The position numbers and the translations under genes were made by a program. A DNA stretch of 35,403 bases from NCBI GenBank assembly GCA_965613295.1, contig CBFDVG010000001.1, positions 1 through 35,403 of the forward strand, given 5' to 3'. Positions within the stretch are counted from its first letter, which is position 1; each line of letters begins with the position of its first letter. Shown here one piece after another: positions 1-9,623 of this stretch. Source of the DNA: an uncultured Thermotogaceae bacterium (GTDB taxonomy: Bacteria > Thermotogota > Thermotogae > Thermotogales > DSM-5069). The notes under the pieces were generated by a model, which made no database searches, was not told the DNA's origin, and was given only the letters and a program-made list of their open reading frames with translations.

Positions 1-27
1 GGGCTCGGAGATGTGTATAAGAGACAG
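1..27. other. Illumina Nextera adapter remnant (GGGCTCGG followed by the 19-nt Tn5 mosaic end AGATGTGTATAAGAGACAG at 9-27). Library artefact, not genomic sequence.
   Basis: Exact match to the 3' part of the Nextera read-2 transposase adapter. The reverse-complemented mosaic end is at the other contig end. Confidence 0.95.
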
Positions 28-32
28 GAATA

Positions 33-722
33 GTGGGTATATACAGAGTCAAAGAACCCGGAACCGCTGTCTTGGTCGGCCCCAACCGCGGCTCTGAGCT
101 GAAAACCCTGATCAACCAAATAGAAAGGTTTGAAGCAGAACTGTTAATGGTTGATGGAGCAATTAATAGAATGATTCCCTTTCAAAGTGTTGAAAACATC
201 ATAATCGCCACTGGAGCTTCCCGAAGCACAGAGGTGGAAACTCTTTTGACTGAAACGCTTGTCATGATCAAGTGCTTTAAGCTACCAACAATCGAGGCCG
301 ATGACTTTCACCGCGTTCAAAACTTAATAACAAAAGATGACATTGATGCTTTACACGGCAAAGACAAGATACTGGTGCAAGGTGTCGTAACCTCAGAAGC
401 ACTGAAACGCCTGTTGCTGCTCGAAAAGAAGGTAAAGCTGCTTTTCAGTTCACCCATGCACATTTTAATGATAGACAGTTACTCAGTTCTGTCAAAAGCA
501 CTTGAGAGCAAAACTGTGGACTTCGCGGTTTTGAAAAAACCCAAATTGCTGTGCGTTACTGTAAATCCGTGCTATCCTGAGCAAAGACAGCAGGGATACA
601 CATTATCGAAGGTGGATCTGAACCATATTATCAAAAACATCATGCCAAGAACCAGTACAGCGGTCGTCAACGTTGACAAAGAGGAAAGTACTCTTTGCCA
701 GGTACTGGAGGCGAGCTTATGA
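33..722 (+). CDS. Hypothetical protein, 5'-truncated by the contig/adapter boundary. The apparent GTG start at 33 is not a real start.
   Basis: The open frame runs from the adapter junction to TGA at 720-722. The stop overlaps the next ATG (ATGA at 719-722). I recognise no diagnostic motif. Confidence 0.5.
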   Translation: MGIYRVKEPGTAVLVGPNRGSELKTLINQIERFEAELLMVDGAINRMIPFQSVENIIIATGASRSTEVETLLTETLVMIKCFKLPTIEADDFHRVQNLITKDDIDALHGKDKILVQGVVTSEALKRLLLLEKKVKLLFSSPMHILMIDSYSVLSKALESKTVDFAVLKKPKLLCVTVNPCYPEQRQQGYTLSKVDLNHIIKNIMPRTSTAVVNVDKEESTLCQVLEASL

Positions 723-976
723 ACAAATATGTTCTGAGTATGGGGATCATAAGAATACTATTTGCCCTCTTCACTGGAACAATAGCGATCATCATGCTTG
801 TAAAAAACGATCCAAGAGTCGCTTTGAGACTCAACGCTGTAATAGGCCTTGTTGGACCTCTTGTACTAATGGTCACGAGTGCTTTGGGAATTGCAGGTAG
901 CCTCCGCTCGCTCAATTTTTGGAAAACTTTGTTGGTACTGATTGGCACGGCTTTGATATTCATCGGAACGAGGTGA
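719..976 (+). CDS. Small hydrophobic membrane protein (85 aa, 2-3 predicted TM segments)
   Basis: ATG at 719 overlaps the upstream stop. The sequence is strongly hydrophobic (GIIRILFALFTGTIAIIML, IGLVGPLVLMVTSALGIAG, LLVLIGTALIFIG). Its stop at 974-976 overlaps the candidate GTG of the ATPase. Confidence 0.55.
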   Translation: MNKYVLSMGIIRILFALFTGTIAIIMLVKNDPRVALRLNAVIGLVGPLVLMVTSALGIAGSLRSLNFWKTLLVLIGTALIFIGTR

Positions 977-3618
977 TTTTGTTGAAGAAAGCTTACAGAT
1001 ATAGTTGTGAAGATCTTTCAAAGAAATTGAAATCGAATTTAGTTTCAGGATTGAGCTCGGATGAAGCCCATAGAAGGCTTGAAGAATTTGGTCCAAACGA
1101 ACTACCAGAGAAGCGGCGCAAGACTATTTTTGAGATGTTCTTGGCACAGTTTAAGGACTTTCTAATACTCATACTGCTGGCTGCTGCGGGTATTTCAGTA
1201 GCCGTCGGCGAAATCACGGATGCGGTGCTGATACTGATCATAGTGATCATAAACGCCGTTCTAAGCACGATGCAGGAATCAAAAGCGGAAAAATCACTGG
1301 AGATGCTGAAAAAACTCTCTGCGCCAACGGCACGTGTGATCAGAGACGGCGTCGTGGTAACAGTGGCAAGCCGCGAGATAGTTCCCGGGGACATAGTGAT
1401 CCTCGAAGCTGGCAACTACATTCCTGCCGACGGAAGGCTCATCGAAGCCGTGAATTTATCAGTTTCAGAAGCCGCCCTCACTGGTGAATCGGAGCCCGTT
1501 GAAAAGAGCACACACGTGATTGAATCTGAAGATGTACCTATAGGTGATCGTCACAACATGGTCTTTTCTGGAACAGTTGCTGCAAGAGGCCGTGGGAAGT
1601 GCTTGGTAACAGCGACAGGCATAAACACTGAGATTGGCCACATAGCCCAGATGCTCTCCGAAATGGAGGAAACAGAAACTCCATTGCAGAGAAATTTGAA
1701 CAAACTCGGTAAGCAGATTGGAAATATCGTCTTAATCATATGTGGAATTGTTTTCCTGGCAGGATTGTTTCAAGGCAACCCCATTCTTGAAATGCTGCTC
1801 ACAGCTATAAGCTTGGCTGTCGCCGCTGTACCTGAGGGACTGCCGGCAGTGGTAACAATCGTACTGGCTCTTGGAATGTACAACATGGTCAAAAGGCATG
1901 TGATCATCAGAAAACTACAGGCTGTTGAAACTTTGGGATCTGTGAATGTCATATGCTCTGACAAGACAGGAACCCTGACAAAGAACGAAATGACAGTTGT
2001 CTCTTACTACATTCCCGAAAAAGGCTTTGTAGAAGATGGGCAACTTTCGGTTCAAGGTGAGCATTCACAAGAAGCTGAATTACTGAGAGGCGCAGCAATA
2101 TGCAACGACGCATTCCTGTCAATCAGAGATGGAGAGAGAATCACGTCTGGAGATCCAACAGAAATAGCCCTGGTTGTCGCGGCAGCAAAGCACAGTTTAA
2201 TCAAATCTGAGCTGGAAAAAGACTTTCAGAGAATACATGAAATTCCCTTCGACTCTTCCAGAAAGATGATGACCACAGTTCACAAGACAAAGGACGATCA
2301 AAAAATAGCATACACTAAGGGAGCTCCTGATGTTGTGTTGAATTCGTGTTCAAGTGTTTATCTATCAAATGGTTTAACAAAGCCAATGACCAATGAAGAG
2401 AGAAAAAACATAGAAGAGGCCAATAGCGCGATGGCTAAAAAAGGACTCAGGGTGCTGGCAGTCGCTATGAAAAGAGAATTACACGATGAATCAGAACCAC
2501 TTGAGAGCGATCTTACCTTTGTTGGTCTTGTGGGAATGATCGATCCACCCAGACCAGAAGTAATAGAGGCTCTGAAAAAATGTCATGCGGCGGGCATTCG
2601 TGTAGTCATGATAACTGGAGATCACAAAATAACCGCCGAAAGCATTGCGAAAGAGATCGGACTGGCAAAAGATGGTCACATAGCAATGACCGGAAACGAG
2701 CTTATTCACATGGAAGTCTCTGATCTTATGAACGTTGTCGAAGATGTTCAAGTCTATGCCCGTGTTTCACCTTCAGACAAACTTAAAATAGTTCAGGCGC
2801 TCAAAGAGAAAGGACACATAGTAGCCATGACCGGTGATGGTGTCAACGATGCTCCGGCACTAAAGAAGGCAGACATAGGTGTCGCAATGGGAATCGTAGG
2901 AACAGATGTTGCAAAAGACGCTTCGGAAATGGTATTAACTGACGATAATTTTGCAAGTATTGTCTCGGCAACTGAAGAGGGAAGGAGAATATTTGACAAC
3001 ATAAGAAAAGTGGTTTACTATCTGCTCTCATGCAACATCAGCGAAGTTGCAACGATATTCATATCTATCCTCTTCAAATTACCTCTACCGCTCATTCCAG
3101 TTCAGATATTGTGGATGAATTTGGTAACTGATGGCCTTCCTGCACTCGCCTTGGGAGTTGAGGCCGCAGAACCTGACATAATGAATCGTCCACCGCGTAA
3201 TCCGAAAGAAGGTATCATCAGCAAGCGGGTGATGCAAGATATCTTTCTCGGTGGAATATATTTGACAATCCTTTCAATGTTTGTCTATATATTTTCCTTG
3301 CTGGAACACGATTCCATAGAACTATCGAGAACCATGGTTTTCTTCACGATATGCACCGGCCAGCTCTTTCATGCTTTTAACTCTAAATCACTCAGGTTCT
3401 CTCTTTTTAAGATGGGATTGAAAAGCAATCCAAAACTCCTGTTGGCCAATTTCGTGTCTTTCATTCTTCTGATAAGTGTCATTTACATCCCCTTCCTGCA
3501 GAATATTTTTCACACGACGAGTCTCACAGGAATACAGCTCATTGTGTCCATTTTAGCCTCTGTACTGATAATTCCACTATTTGAACTCACGAAGTTCCTC
3601 AGATACAGAGACCGTTGA
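973..3618 (+). CDS. P-type cation-transporting ATPase, Ca2+-ATPase-like (P2-type)
   Basis: Motifs TGES, CSDKTGTLT (phosphorylation site), MITGDH, GDGVNDAPALKKADIGVAMG. The N-terminus GLSSDEAHRRLEEFGPNEL is typical of Ca2+-ATPases. The start is uncertain: GTG 973, or TTG 979/982 behind GAGGTG at 970-975. Confidence 0.9.
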   Translation: MILLKKAYRYSCEDLSKKLKSNLVSGLSSDEAHRRLEEFGPNELPEKRRKTIFEMFLAQFKDFLILILLAAAGISVAVGEITDAVLILIIVIINAVLSTMQESKAEKSLEMLKKLSAPTARVIRDGVVVTVASREIVPGDIVILEAGNYIPADGRLIEAVNLSVSEAALTGESEPVEKSTHVIESEDVPIGDRHNMVFSGTVAARGRGKCLVTATGINTEIGHIAQMLSEMEETETPLQRNLNKLGKQIGNIVLIICGIVFLAGLFQGNPILEMLLTAISLAVAAVPEGLPAVVTIVLALGMYNMVKRHVIIRKLQAVETLGSVNVICSDKTGTLTKNEMTVVSYYIPEKGFVEDGQLSVQGEHSQEAELLRGAAICNDAFLSIRDGERITSGDPTEIALVVAAAKHSLIKSELEKDFQRIHEIPFDSSRKMMTTVHKTKDDQKIAYTKGAPDVVLNSCSSVYLSNGLTKPMTNEERKNIEEANSAMAKKGLRVLAVAMKRELHDESEPLESDLTFVGLVGMIDPPRPEVIEALKKCHAAGIRVVMITGDHKITAESIAKEIGLAKDGHIAMTGNELIHMEVSDLMNVVEDVQVYARVSPSDKLKIVQALKEKGHIVAMTGDGVNDAPALKKADIGVAMGIVGTDVAKDASEMVLTDDNFASIVSATEEGRRIFDNIRKVVYYLLSCNISEVATIFISILFKLPLPLIPVQILWMNLVTDGLPALALGVEAAEPDIMNRPPRNPKEGIISKRVMQDIFLGGIYLTILSMFVYIFSLLEHDSIELSRTMVFFTICTGQLFHAFNSKSLRFSLFKMGLKSNPKLLLANFVSFILLISVIYIPFLQNIFHTTSLTGIQLIVSILASVLIIPLFELTKFLRYRDR

Positions 3619-3631
3619 TATCTTCCACTTA

Positions 3632-3660
3632 GGGCAGGACGAGATCCTGCCCATTTCCTG
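3632..3660 (+). terminator. Putative intrinsic terminator after the ATPase gene
   Basis: GGGCAGG (3632-3638) pairs with CCTGCCC (3646-3652) around a 7-nt loop. A moderately T-rich tail follows. Confidence 0.45.
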
Positions 3661-3686
3661 TATCATTGTTTCTGAGGTGTGAAGAT

Positions 3687-4475
3687 ATGAAAATAGCTGT
3701 ATGTGGATTTGTAATGGGCATAGCAAACCTCATACCCGGAGTTAGTGGAAGCACAATGGCCGTTATAATGAACATATATGAAAGGCTTCTGAATGCCATA
3801 TCTGCTTTTGCAAAATTGAAGCTAAGTAAAGAAGACACTACTTTTCTTTTCTATTTGGGTGTTGGCATCGTTACGGCAATTTTTGCTGGCTCACTGTTAG
3901 TGTCGTTGGCACTGAAAGCTATTCCTGTTGTTACCTACGCGTTGTTTCTTGGGTTAGTTTTGGGTTCTCTTTCCACAATCATTAAAAGAGTAAACAAAGT
4001 CAAACCTACCTACATAGCCGCAGGTGTGCTTCTCTTGCTTGCCATTGAGCTTCTTGGCCACATCAAGGCTCCAGGAGCAAAATCAAACGAGATACTGGCT
4101 TATATCCTGGGCGGCTTTTTTGCGGCTGGGGCAATGATTTTGCCAGGACTCAGTGGATCTTTAGTGCTGGTAATAATGGGAATTTACGAGCCCGTTGTTA
4201 ATTCTGTGGCTCACATGGATATCACAAGTATATTAATTTTTCTTGCTGGTGTACTGGCCGGAATCGTAGCTTTCACCCTGGCTGTGAGATTTTTCCTTAA
4301 CAAATACCGCACTCAGACTTACAATTTCATAGTAGGACTGATAATAGCATCATGCTACTATCTCTTCCCGTACAACAAGGGTACGGTTACTCCTGTGTCA
4401 ATGTTTCTCTCTGTAATAGCCCTCGGTGCCGGTATACTTCTTGCGCGAGCTGTCAAGACATCGGCTCGTTCGTAA
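3687..4475 (+). CDS. DUF368 family membrane protein (PopT-like polyprenyl-phosphate transporter family)
   Basis: N-terminal GIANLIPGVSGSTMA and a second LPGLSGS repeat are typical of DUF368. The protein is polytopic and hydrophobic. ATG 3687 lies behind GAGGTG. Confidence 0.8.
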   Translation: MKIAVCGFVMGIANLIPGVSGSTMAVIMNIYERLLNAISAFAKLKLSKEDTTFLFYLGVGIVTAIFAGSLLVSLALKAIPVVTYALFLGLVLGSLSTIIKRVNKVKPTYIAAGVLLLLAIELLGHIKAPGAKSNEILAYILGGFFAAGAMILPGLSGSLVLVIMGIYEPVVNSVAHMDITSILIFLAGVLAGIVAFTLAVRFFLNKYRTQTYNFIVGLIIASCYYLFPYNKGTVTPVSMFLSVIALGAGILLARAVKTSARS

Positions 4476-4556
4476 TGAATATTCTTTTACATCTTACTTA
4501 ATATCTACCCTGAATTCATTTTGTTAGCAATATAAGGATACAATATTTGTAAAAAA

Positions 4557-4724
4557 ATGAAATTATTGAAAATCGCGATAGAACTGGAAAAGGATTCTGT
4601 TATATACTATATGGGAATCAAGCAAGTCATTCCAGAATCATTTGGCAAGGAAAAGGTAGATTCAATCATAAAAGAGGAAATGTCTCACATAACGCTTTTG
4701 AACTCAAAATTGTCATCTCTGTGA
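4557..4724 (+). pseudogene. Ferritin-like/rubrerythrin-family fragment (55 codons, only the C-terminal helix pair)
   Basis: The translation is MKLLKIAIELEKDSVIYYMGIKQVIPESFGKEKVDSIIKEEMSHITLLNSKLSSL. It has the E...ExxH di-iron half-motif. There is no SD in front, and only about 80 nt of non-coding DNA lies upstream where the first helix pair would be. Confidence 0.45.
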
Positions 4725-4747
4725 GATGAGAAAGGAGAATCAATACC

Positions 4748-5047
4748 ATGGTGACAAAAGAAAAAGTTCTCAAAGCACTTTCCAAAGTGATAGATATGGA
4801 ACTGGGCTTAGATATAGTGAGCCTGGGATTCATTTACGGTGTAGATGTTGATTCAGAAAACAACGTGAAAGTAACGATGACAATGACGACTCCTTCGTGT
4901 CCCTTAGCAGGTTTGATAGTTCAAGATGCTGAAGACAAGGTCAGTCAAATCGAAGGTGTGAAGAGCGTAAAGATTGACCTGACCTTTGATCCACCGTGGA
5001 ATCCTGGAATGATGAGTGAGGAAGTGAGAAACAAGCTCGGTATATGA
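4748..5047 (+). CDS. DUF59/MIP18-family Fe-S cluster assembly protein (SufT/PaaD-like)
   Basis: LGLDIVSLGFIY and MTMTTPSCPLAG motifs. SD AAAGGAGA lies upstream. 99 aa. Confidence 0.8.
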   Translation: MVTKEKVLKALSKVIDMELGLDIVSLGFIYGVDVDSENNVKVTMTMTTPSCPLAGLIVQDAEDKVSQIEGVKSVKIDLTFDPPWNPGMMSEEVRNKLGI

Positions 5048-5868
5048 CTGTTGAAGAGTTGTATAGAAAAGGGATAGCAGCGTTGAAAGACATATCCAGT
5101 TCACCGCCAACAGAGTCCATGACTCTGTTGGCTTTTGTATTACACAAAAACAGAGAATGGATATTAGCACACATGAAAGACAGCGTTGATGAAATCACAC
5201 GTGAAAAATTCATGAACGTCACTGAAAAGAGGCAAACAGGTTATCCTTTGCAGTACATAGTTGGAAGATGCTTTTTCTTCGATCTCGAATTAATTGTAGA
5301 AGAAAGCGTGTTCATACCCCGTCCCGAAACCGAAGTTCTCGTTGAAACCGCCCTTAATCTCATTGAAAAAAACAACTTTAAAACAGTGATTGACATCGGT
5401 ACCGGAAGTGGGGCAATAGCTATAGCACTGGCAAGACATTCTTCCTGTCACATACTTGCCAATGACATTTCCGATGCTGCCCTATCGTGTGCACGAAGAA
5501 ACGCGACCAAATATGGCGTTCTGGAAAAAATTGAATTTCGAAAGGGCGCTTATTTGGAACCATTTCTGAGTTATGTTGAGAAAATTGATCTCATAGTCTC
5601 GAATCCCCCGTATGTCTCAACCTCTTACAATCCCCCGGTGGAACTTACCTATGAGCCAAAATCTGCCCTATACGCTGGAGAGGATGGAATGAATTTCTAT
5701 AAAACATTTTTCGCAAGATACGCTCCTATGCTGAAAAGTAAAGTTATTCTAATGGAAATGTCACCTGAACAGAAATCCGGCGTAAAAAGCCTGTTATCCG
5801 ATGCAAAAAAGATATCTTTCGTTGATGATCAGTTTGGCAGAATAAGATTTTTCATCGCGATGTTGTAA
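5044..5868 (+). CDS. prmC: Peptide chain release factor N5-glutamine methyltransferase
   Basis: SAM motif DIGTGSGAIAI and catalytic NPPY (VSNPPYV). ATGA overlap with the upstream gene. Confidence 0.85.
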   Translation: MTVEELYRKGIAALKDISSSPPTESMTLLAFVLHKNREWILAHMKDSVDEITREKFMNVTEKRQTGYPLQYIVGRCFFFDLELIVEESVFIPRPETEVLVETALNLIEKNNFKTVIDIGTGSGAIAIALARHSSCHILANDISDAALSCARRNATKYGVLEKIEFRKGAYLEPFLSYVEKIDLIVSNPPYVSTSYNPPVELTYEPKSALYAGEDGMNFYKTFFARYAPMLKSKVILMEMSPEQKSGVKSLLSDAKKISFVDDQFGRIRFFIAML

Positions 5869-5896
5869 AATACGGATAGCGAATCTTCTAAATGGG

Positions 5897-7642
5897 GTGT
5901 TTGTTGTGTCTCCAATGAGAAGACTTCTCTTTTACGCTAAACCATACACAGCCCTTTTTGTATTGGCAGTTTTTGTTGTACTCGTGAGCTCAATTGTTGA
6001 TCTCACACCTCCTCTTTTAGTGAGAAATGCAATAGATAAATACATGAATGATCAACAGCTCGGTGCTCAAGAACGCTTCTCGGGTTTGAGTCAAACTTCG
6101 CTGTTGCTCCTGGTCGTGTTTGCGGGGCAGTTTTTGCTCAACTATGGAAGCGTTTATTTAACAGCGTACTTGGGTAATAAGATTGTATACGATATAAGAA
6201 GCGATCTTTTTGGAAAGATTCTGAATCTCCCAATGTCTTTTTTCGACAAAACTCCTTCAGGAAGAATAACCACACGTGTCGTGAATGACACGGAAAATCT
6301 TCAGCAATTCTTTACAACGGCGGTAACCAGCATTATCAAGGATGTCTTCCTAATGGCCGGTGTGATTTTCTTCATGATCAGGCTGAATTTAGCCCTTTTC
6401 TTCAGAATCACCTATGTCTTCCCACTTGTGCTCGCAGGGGTACTGTTGTTCAGATACTTCGATAGAAGGGTGTACAGAGAGGTCAGAACAAATTTGGCGC
6501 GAGTTAACGCATATCTTGCTGAGCACATATCGGGCATCAGCGTTATAAAGCTCTTCAACGCAGAACAATTTAAGAACAAAGAGTTCGACGGCGTGAATAG
6601 AAATCTTTACCGCGCGCTGAAAAAGCAGCTTTACGTCTTCGGCGTGTTTCGACCTTTTATAGATCTTTCATATTTTCTCGCGTTATCGGGAATCATTTGG
6701 TTTGGCTCACGATACATAGCCGGAGGCACCATTCAATTTGGAGAGCTCTATGCATTCGTCGCGTACATTGATATATTCATGAGACCTCTTCAAGATATAG
6801 CTGAAAAATACGATGTAGTCCAGAATTCCTTTGCATCGTCGGAAAAGATTTTTTCCCTCATGGACGAGAAGCCCGAGAATCTCGGAAATCCAAGAAATAC
6901 CCTTGTAATCAAGCGCGGTAACTTAGAGTTTAGAAACGTGTGGTTCAGCTACGACTCAGAAAAATGGGTCCTCAAAGACGTAAATCTGAAGTTTACTCCA
7001 GGTGAGTTGACAGCAATTGTCGGTGAAACAGGCGCGGGTAAGACTTCTTTGATGAATCTCATCAACGGAATGTACGTTCCACAAAAGGGAGAGATAATTG
7101 CCGATGGCAAAAACATATTTGACTGTGATCTGCGGGCAATCAGAAAGCAGATATCAGCCGTTCCACAAGATGTAATCCTGTTCTCCGGCACGATTCTCGA
7201 CAATATCAGACTCTTCAACAACAACTATACAGAAAACGAGGTAGAAAACGCGCTCAAATCAGTTCATGCCCTGGAAGTAATTAACAGGCTTCCAAAGGGA
7301 GTACACACAAGGATTATTGAAAGAGGATCGACCCTTTCTGCGGGAGAACGGCAGTTGATCGCCCTTGCTCGCGCTGCGTTGTTTGATGCACAGATACTCA
7401 TTCTTGACGAAGCCACAAGCAATGTCGACGTGGAAACAGAATCCAGAATAGAACTCGCTGTAAGAGAGCTTTCCACATCTAAGACTGTCATAATGATAGC
7501 TCATCGCCTCTCAACAGTCAGAAATGCCGACAGAATCATCGTTATCCACAATGGGCGCGTTGTCGAAGAGGGAAAACACTCGGAACTCATGCAAAAAAGA
7601 GGCTTTTATTACAAACTCTATCAAATTCAGTTCGCCGTTTGA
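5897..7642 (+). CDS. ABC exporter, fused permease/ATPase (MsbA/multidrug-type)
   Basis: N-terminal 6-TM domain. Walker A GETGAGKTS, signature LSAGERQ, Walker B ILILDEATS. The start is uncertain (GTG 5897/5906 or ATG 5915). Confidence 0.9.
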   Translation: MFVVSPMRRLLFYAKPYTALFVLAVFVVLVSSIVDLTPPLLVRNAIDKYMNDQQLGAQERFSGLSQTSLLLLVVFAGQFLLNYGSVYLTAYLGNKIVYDIRSDLFGKILNLPMSFFDKTPSGRITTRVVNDTENLQQFFTTAVTSIIKDVFLMAGVIFFMIRLNLALFFRITYVFPLVLAGVLLFRYFDRRVYREVRTNLARVNAYLAEHISGISVIKLFNAEQFKNKEFDGVNRNLYRALKKQLYVFGVFRPFIDLSYFLALSGIIWFGSRYIAGGTIQFGELYAFVAYIDIFMRPLQDIAEKYDVVQNSFASSEKIFSLMDEKPENLGNPRNTLVIKRGNLEFRNVWFSYDSEKWVLKDVNLKFTPGELTAIVGETGAGKTSLMNLINGMYVPQKGEIIADGKNIFDCDLRAIRKQISAVPQDVILFSGTILDNIRLFNNNYTENEVENALKSVHALEVINRLPKGVHTRIIERGSTLSAGERQLIALARAALFDAQILILDEATSNVDVETESRIELAVRELSTSKTVIMIAHRLSTVRNADRIIVIHNGRVVEEGKHSELMQKRGFYYKLYQIQFAV

Positions 7643-7731
7643 GAACACCCGAATTCGCGTAAAATGAGTTAAAATACAATTAGGAGCTTACAAGCTTTGG
7701 GGTGTGTTATGACAAATCGGAGGTGTCTCTT

Positions 7732-9612
7732 TTGCCAGAAAAATTTTACATTACAACGCCTATCTACTATGTCAATTCAGATCCCCACATCGGCAGCGCC
7801 TATACCACAATTGTTGCCGATGTGATCGCAAGGTATAAGCGCATCATGGGTTACGATGTCTTCTTTCTAACTGGAACGGATGAACATGGCCAGAAGATTT
7901 TACAGGCCGCAACTCAGAATGGGGAAGATCCGCAATCTTTCTGTGATAAATTGGCAGCGAAGTTCAAGAATCTCTGGAAAGATTTGAACATTACCAACGA
8001 TTACTTCATTCGTACAACAAATGAGGATCACATGCGTGTGGTCCAAAGTTTTGTTTCAAAGATGAAGGAAAATGGCGATGTATACAAAGGTAAATACCAG
8101 GGCTGGTACTGCATACCGTGTGAAACTTACTGGAGTGAGGAAGATCTCGATGAAAGCAAGATCTGTCCATCGTGTGGCAGAGAATTGAAATTCATCGCTG
8201 AAGACAACTACTTTTTCAGGCTCTCGAAGTACACTGATAAACTCCTAAAACACTACGAGGAAAATCCAGATTTCGTGCAGCCCGACTTTCGAAGAAACGA
8301 GATGCTGAAGATTTTGCAAAGCGGTCTGAAGGATTTGAGCATCACCCGAACAACTTTTAGCTGGGGAGTCCCCATGCCGGATGATCTTCAGCACGTCATT
8401 TACGTCTGGGTGGATGCGCTCATAAATTACATTTCAGCGGTGGGTTTCATGAAGGATGAATCCAGATTTTCATATTACTGGCCCGCAGATTTACACCTGA
8501 TAGGTAAAGAGATAAATCGCTTTCACTCGATCGTGTGGCCCGCTATGCTCATGTCCGTGGGATTACCACTCCCTAAGAAAGTCTTCGCACATGGTTGGCT
8601 CACCGTAAATGGTCAGAAAATATCGAAATCTTTGGGGAATGCCATTGATCCGCGCTTTCTTGCCGACAAATACGGCAACGATGTTGTAAGATTCTATCTT
8701 CTCCGTGATATTGTGTTTGGAAAAGATGGCGATTTCTCGGAACAAAACCTCGTCAATCGCCTCAATGCCGACTTAGCAAACAACTATGGAAATCTTCTGC
8801 ATCGCACCACGGCAATGATAAAGAAACACTTTAACTCCAAACTTCCAGAAAGGGATCTTTCCGACTCAAAATTAGTAGAAGAAGTAATGACTGCAGTTAA
8901 AAGCTTCACGCATCTCATGGATACATTGCAGATTACGCAAGCCCTTGATAAAGCGATGGAACTGCTGACTTTGGCAAACAAGTACTTTGACGAGAAGAAA
9001 CCTTGGATCTTGGCAAAAGACGAAAACAAGAAGCCTCTGGGCAGCGTTCTTTACAACGTGTGTGAAATCCTGCTGAAGGTAGCGGTGATGCTAGCACCTA
9101 TCATGCCTGAAACTTCCCTTGATGTCATGAATCGATTGGGATTCAATGGAGACATATCAGAGCAACTTCTCTCGACTTGGGGAGTTCTTAAATCGAAAGA
9201 TACAGTGAAACACGGAAAACCCCTTTTCACAAAGATACAAGAAAAGCAAACAAAGCCAGTCGTCAATACTCAGCTTCAAGAAGATAATCTGATATCAATA
9301 GACGAATTCAAAAAGATCCAGCTTAAGGTGGGAAAAGTACTCAGAGCAGAGAAGATCCCGAAATCAAAGAAGCTGTTAAAACTAATAGTGGATCTGGGTC
9401 CACTGGGGCAAAGGCAGATAATAGCCGGAATTGCAAACTACTATGAACCTCAGGGCCTCTTGGGCAAGAGTATCGTCGTTGTGATCAATCTTAAACCGGT
9501 GAAACTGATGGGATTAGAATCACAGGGCATGTTACTGGCAGCCAAAAGCGATGCGGAGCTCAAGATACTAACAGTGGACGGAAGTATCGAACCCGGATCA
9601 GCGATTTCATAG
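7732..9612 (+). CDS. metG: Methionine--tRNA ligase with C-terminal EMAP/Trbp111-like tRNA-binding domain
   Basis: HIGH-type PHIGSAY, KMSKS-type KISKS, Zn knuckles CIPC...CPSC, and a C-terminal LKVGKV...IAGI OB-fold domain. TTG 7732 lies behind GGAGGTG. Confidence 0.95.
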   Translation: MPEKFYITTPIYYVNSDPHIGSAYTTIVADVIARYKRIMGYDVFFLTGTDEHGQKILQAATQNGEDPQSFCDKLAAKFKNLWKDLNITNDYFIRTTNEDHMRVVQSFVSKMKENGDVYKGKYQGWYCIPCETYWSEEDLDESKICPSCGRELKFIAEDNYFFRLSKYTDKLLKHYEENPDFVQPDFRRNEMLKILQSGLKDLSITRTTFSWGVPMPDDLQHVIYVWVDALINYISAVGFMKDESRFSYYWPADLHLIGKEINRFHSIVWPAMLMSVGLPLPKKVFAHGWLTVNGQKISKSLGNAIDPRFLADKYGNDVVRFYLLRDIVFGKDGDFSEQNLVNRLNADLANNYGNLLHRTTAMIKKHFNSKLPERDLSDSKLVEEVMTAVKSFTHLMDTLQITQALDKAMELLTLANKYFDEKKPWILAKDENKKPLGSVLYNVCEILLKVAVMLAPIMPETSLDVMNRLGFNGDISEQLLSTWGVLKSKDTVKHGKPLFTKIQEKQTKPVVNTQLQEDNLISIDEFKKIQLKVGKVLRAEKIPKSKKLLKLIVDLGPLGQRQIIAGIANYYEPQGLLGKSIVVVINLKPVKLMGLESQGMLLAAKSDAELKILTVDGSIEPGSAIS

Positions 9613-9623
9613 GAGGGAATTTT

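Noticed and set aside
993-3031. Minus-strand ORFs antisense to the P-type ATPase (993-1415, 1551-1739, 1770-1964, 2491-2751, 2793-3002, 2843-3031)
   Set aside because: The ATPase frame is continuous and motif-complete. The antisense ORFs are Ser/Thr/Ala-rich shadows.
7643-7731. Possible T-box or other leader upstream of metG
   Set aside because: Only about 90 nt are available, and I could see no specifier/T-box consensus or terminator/antiterminator pair. This is too short for a T-box.
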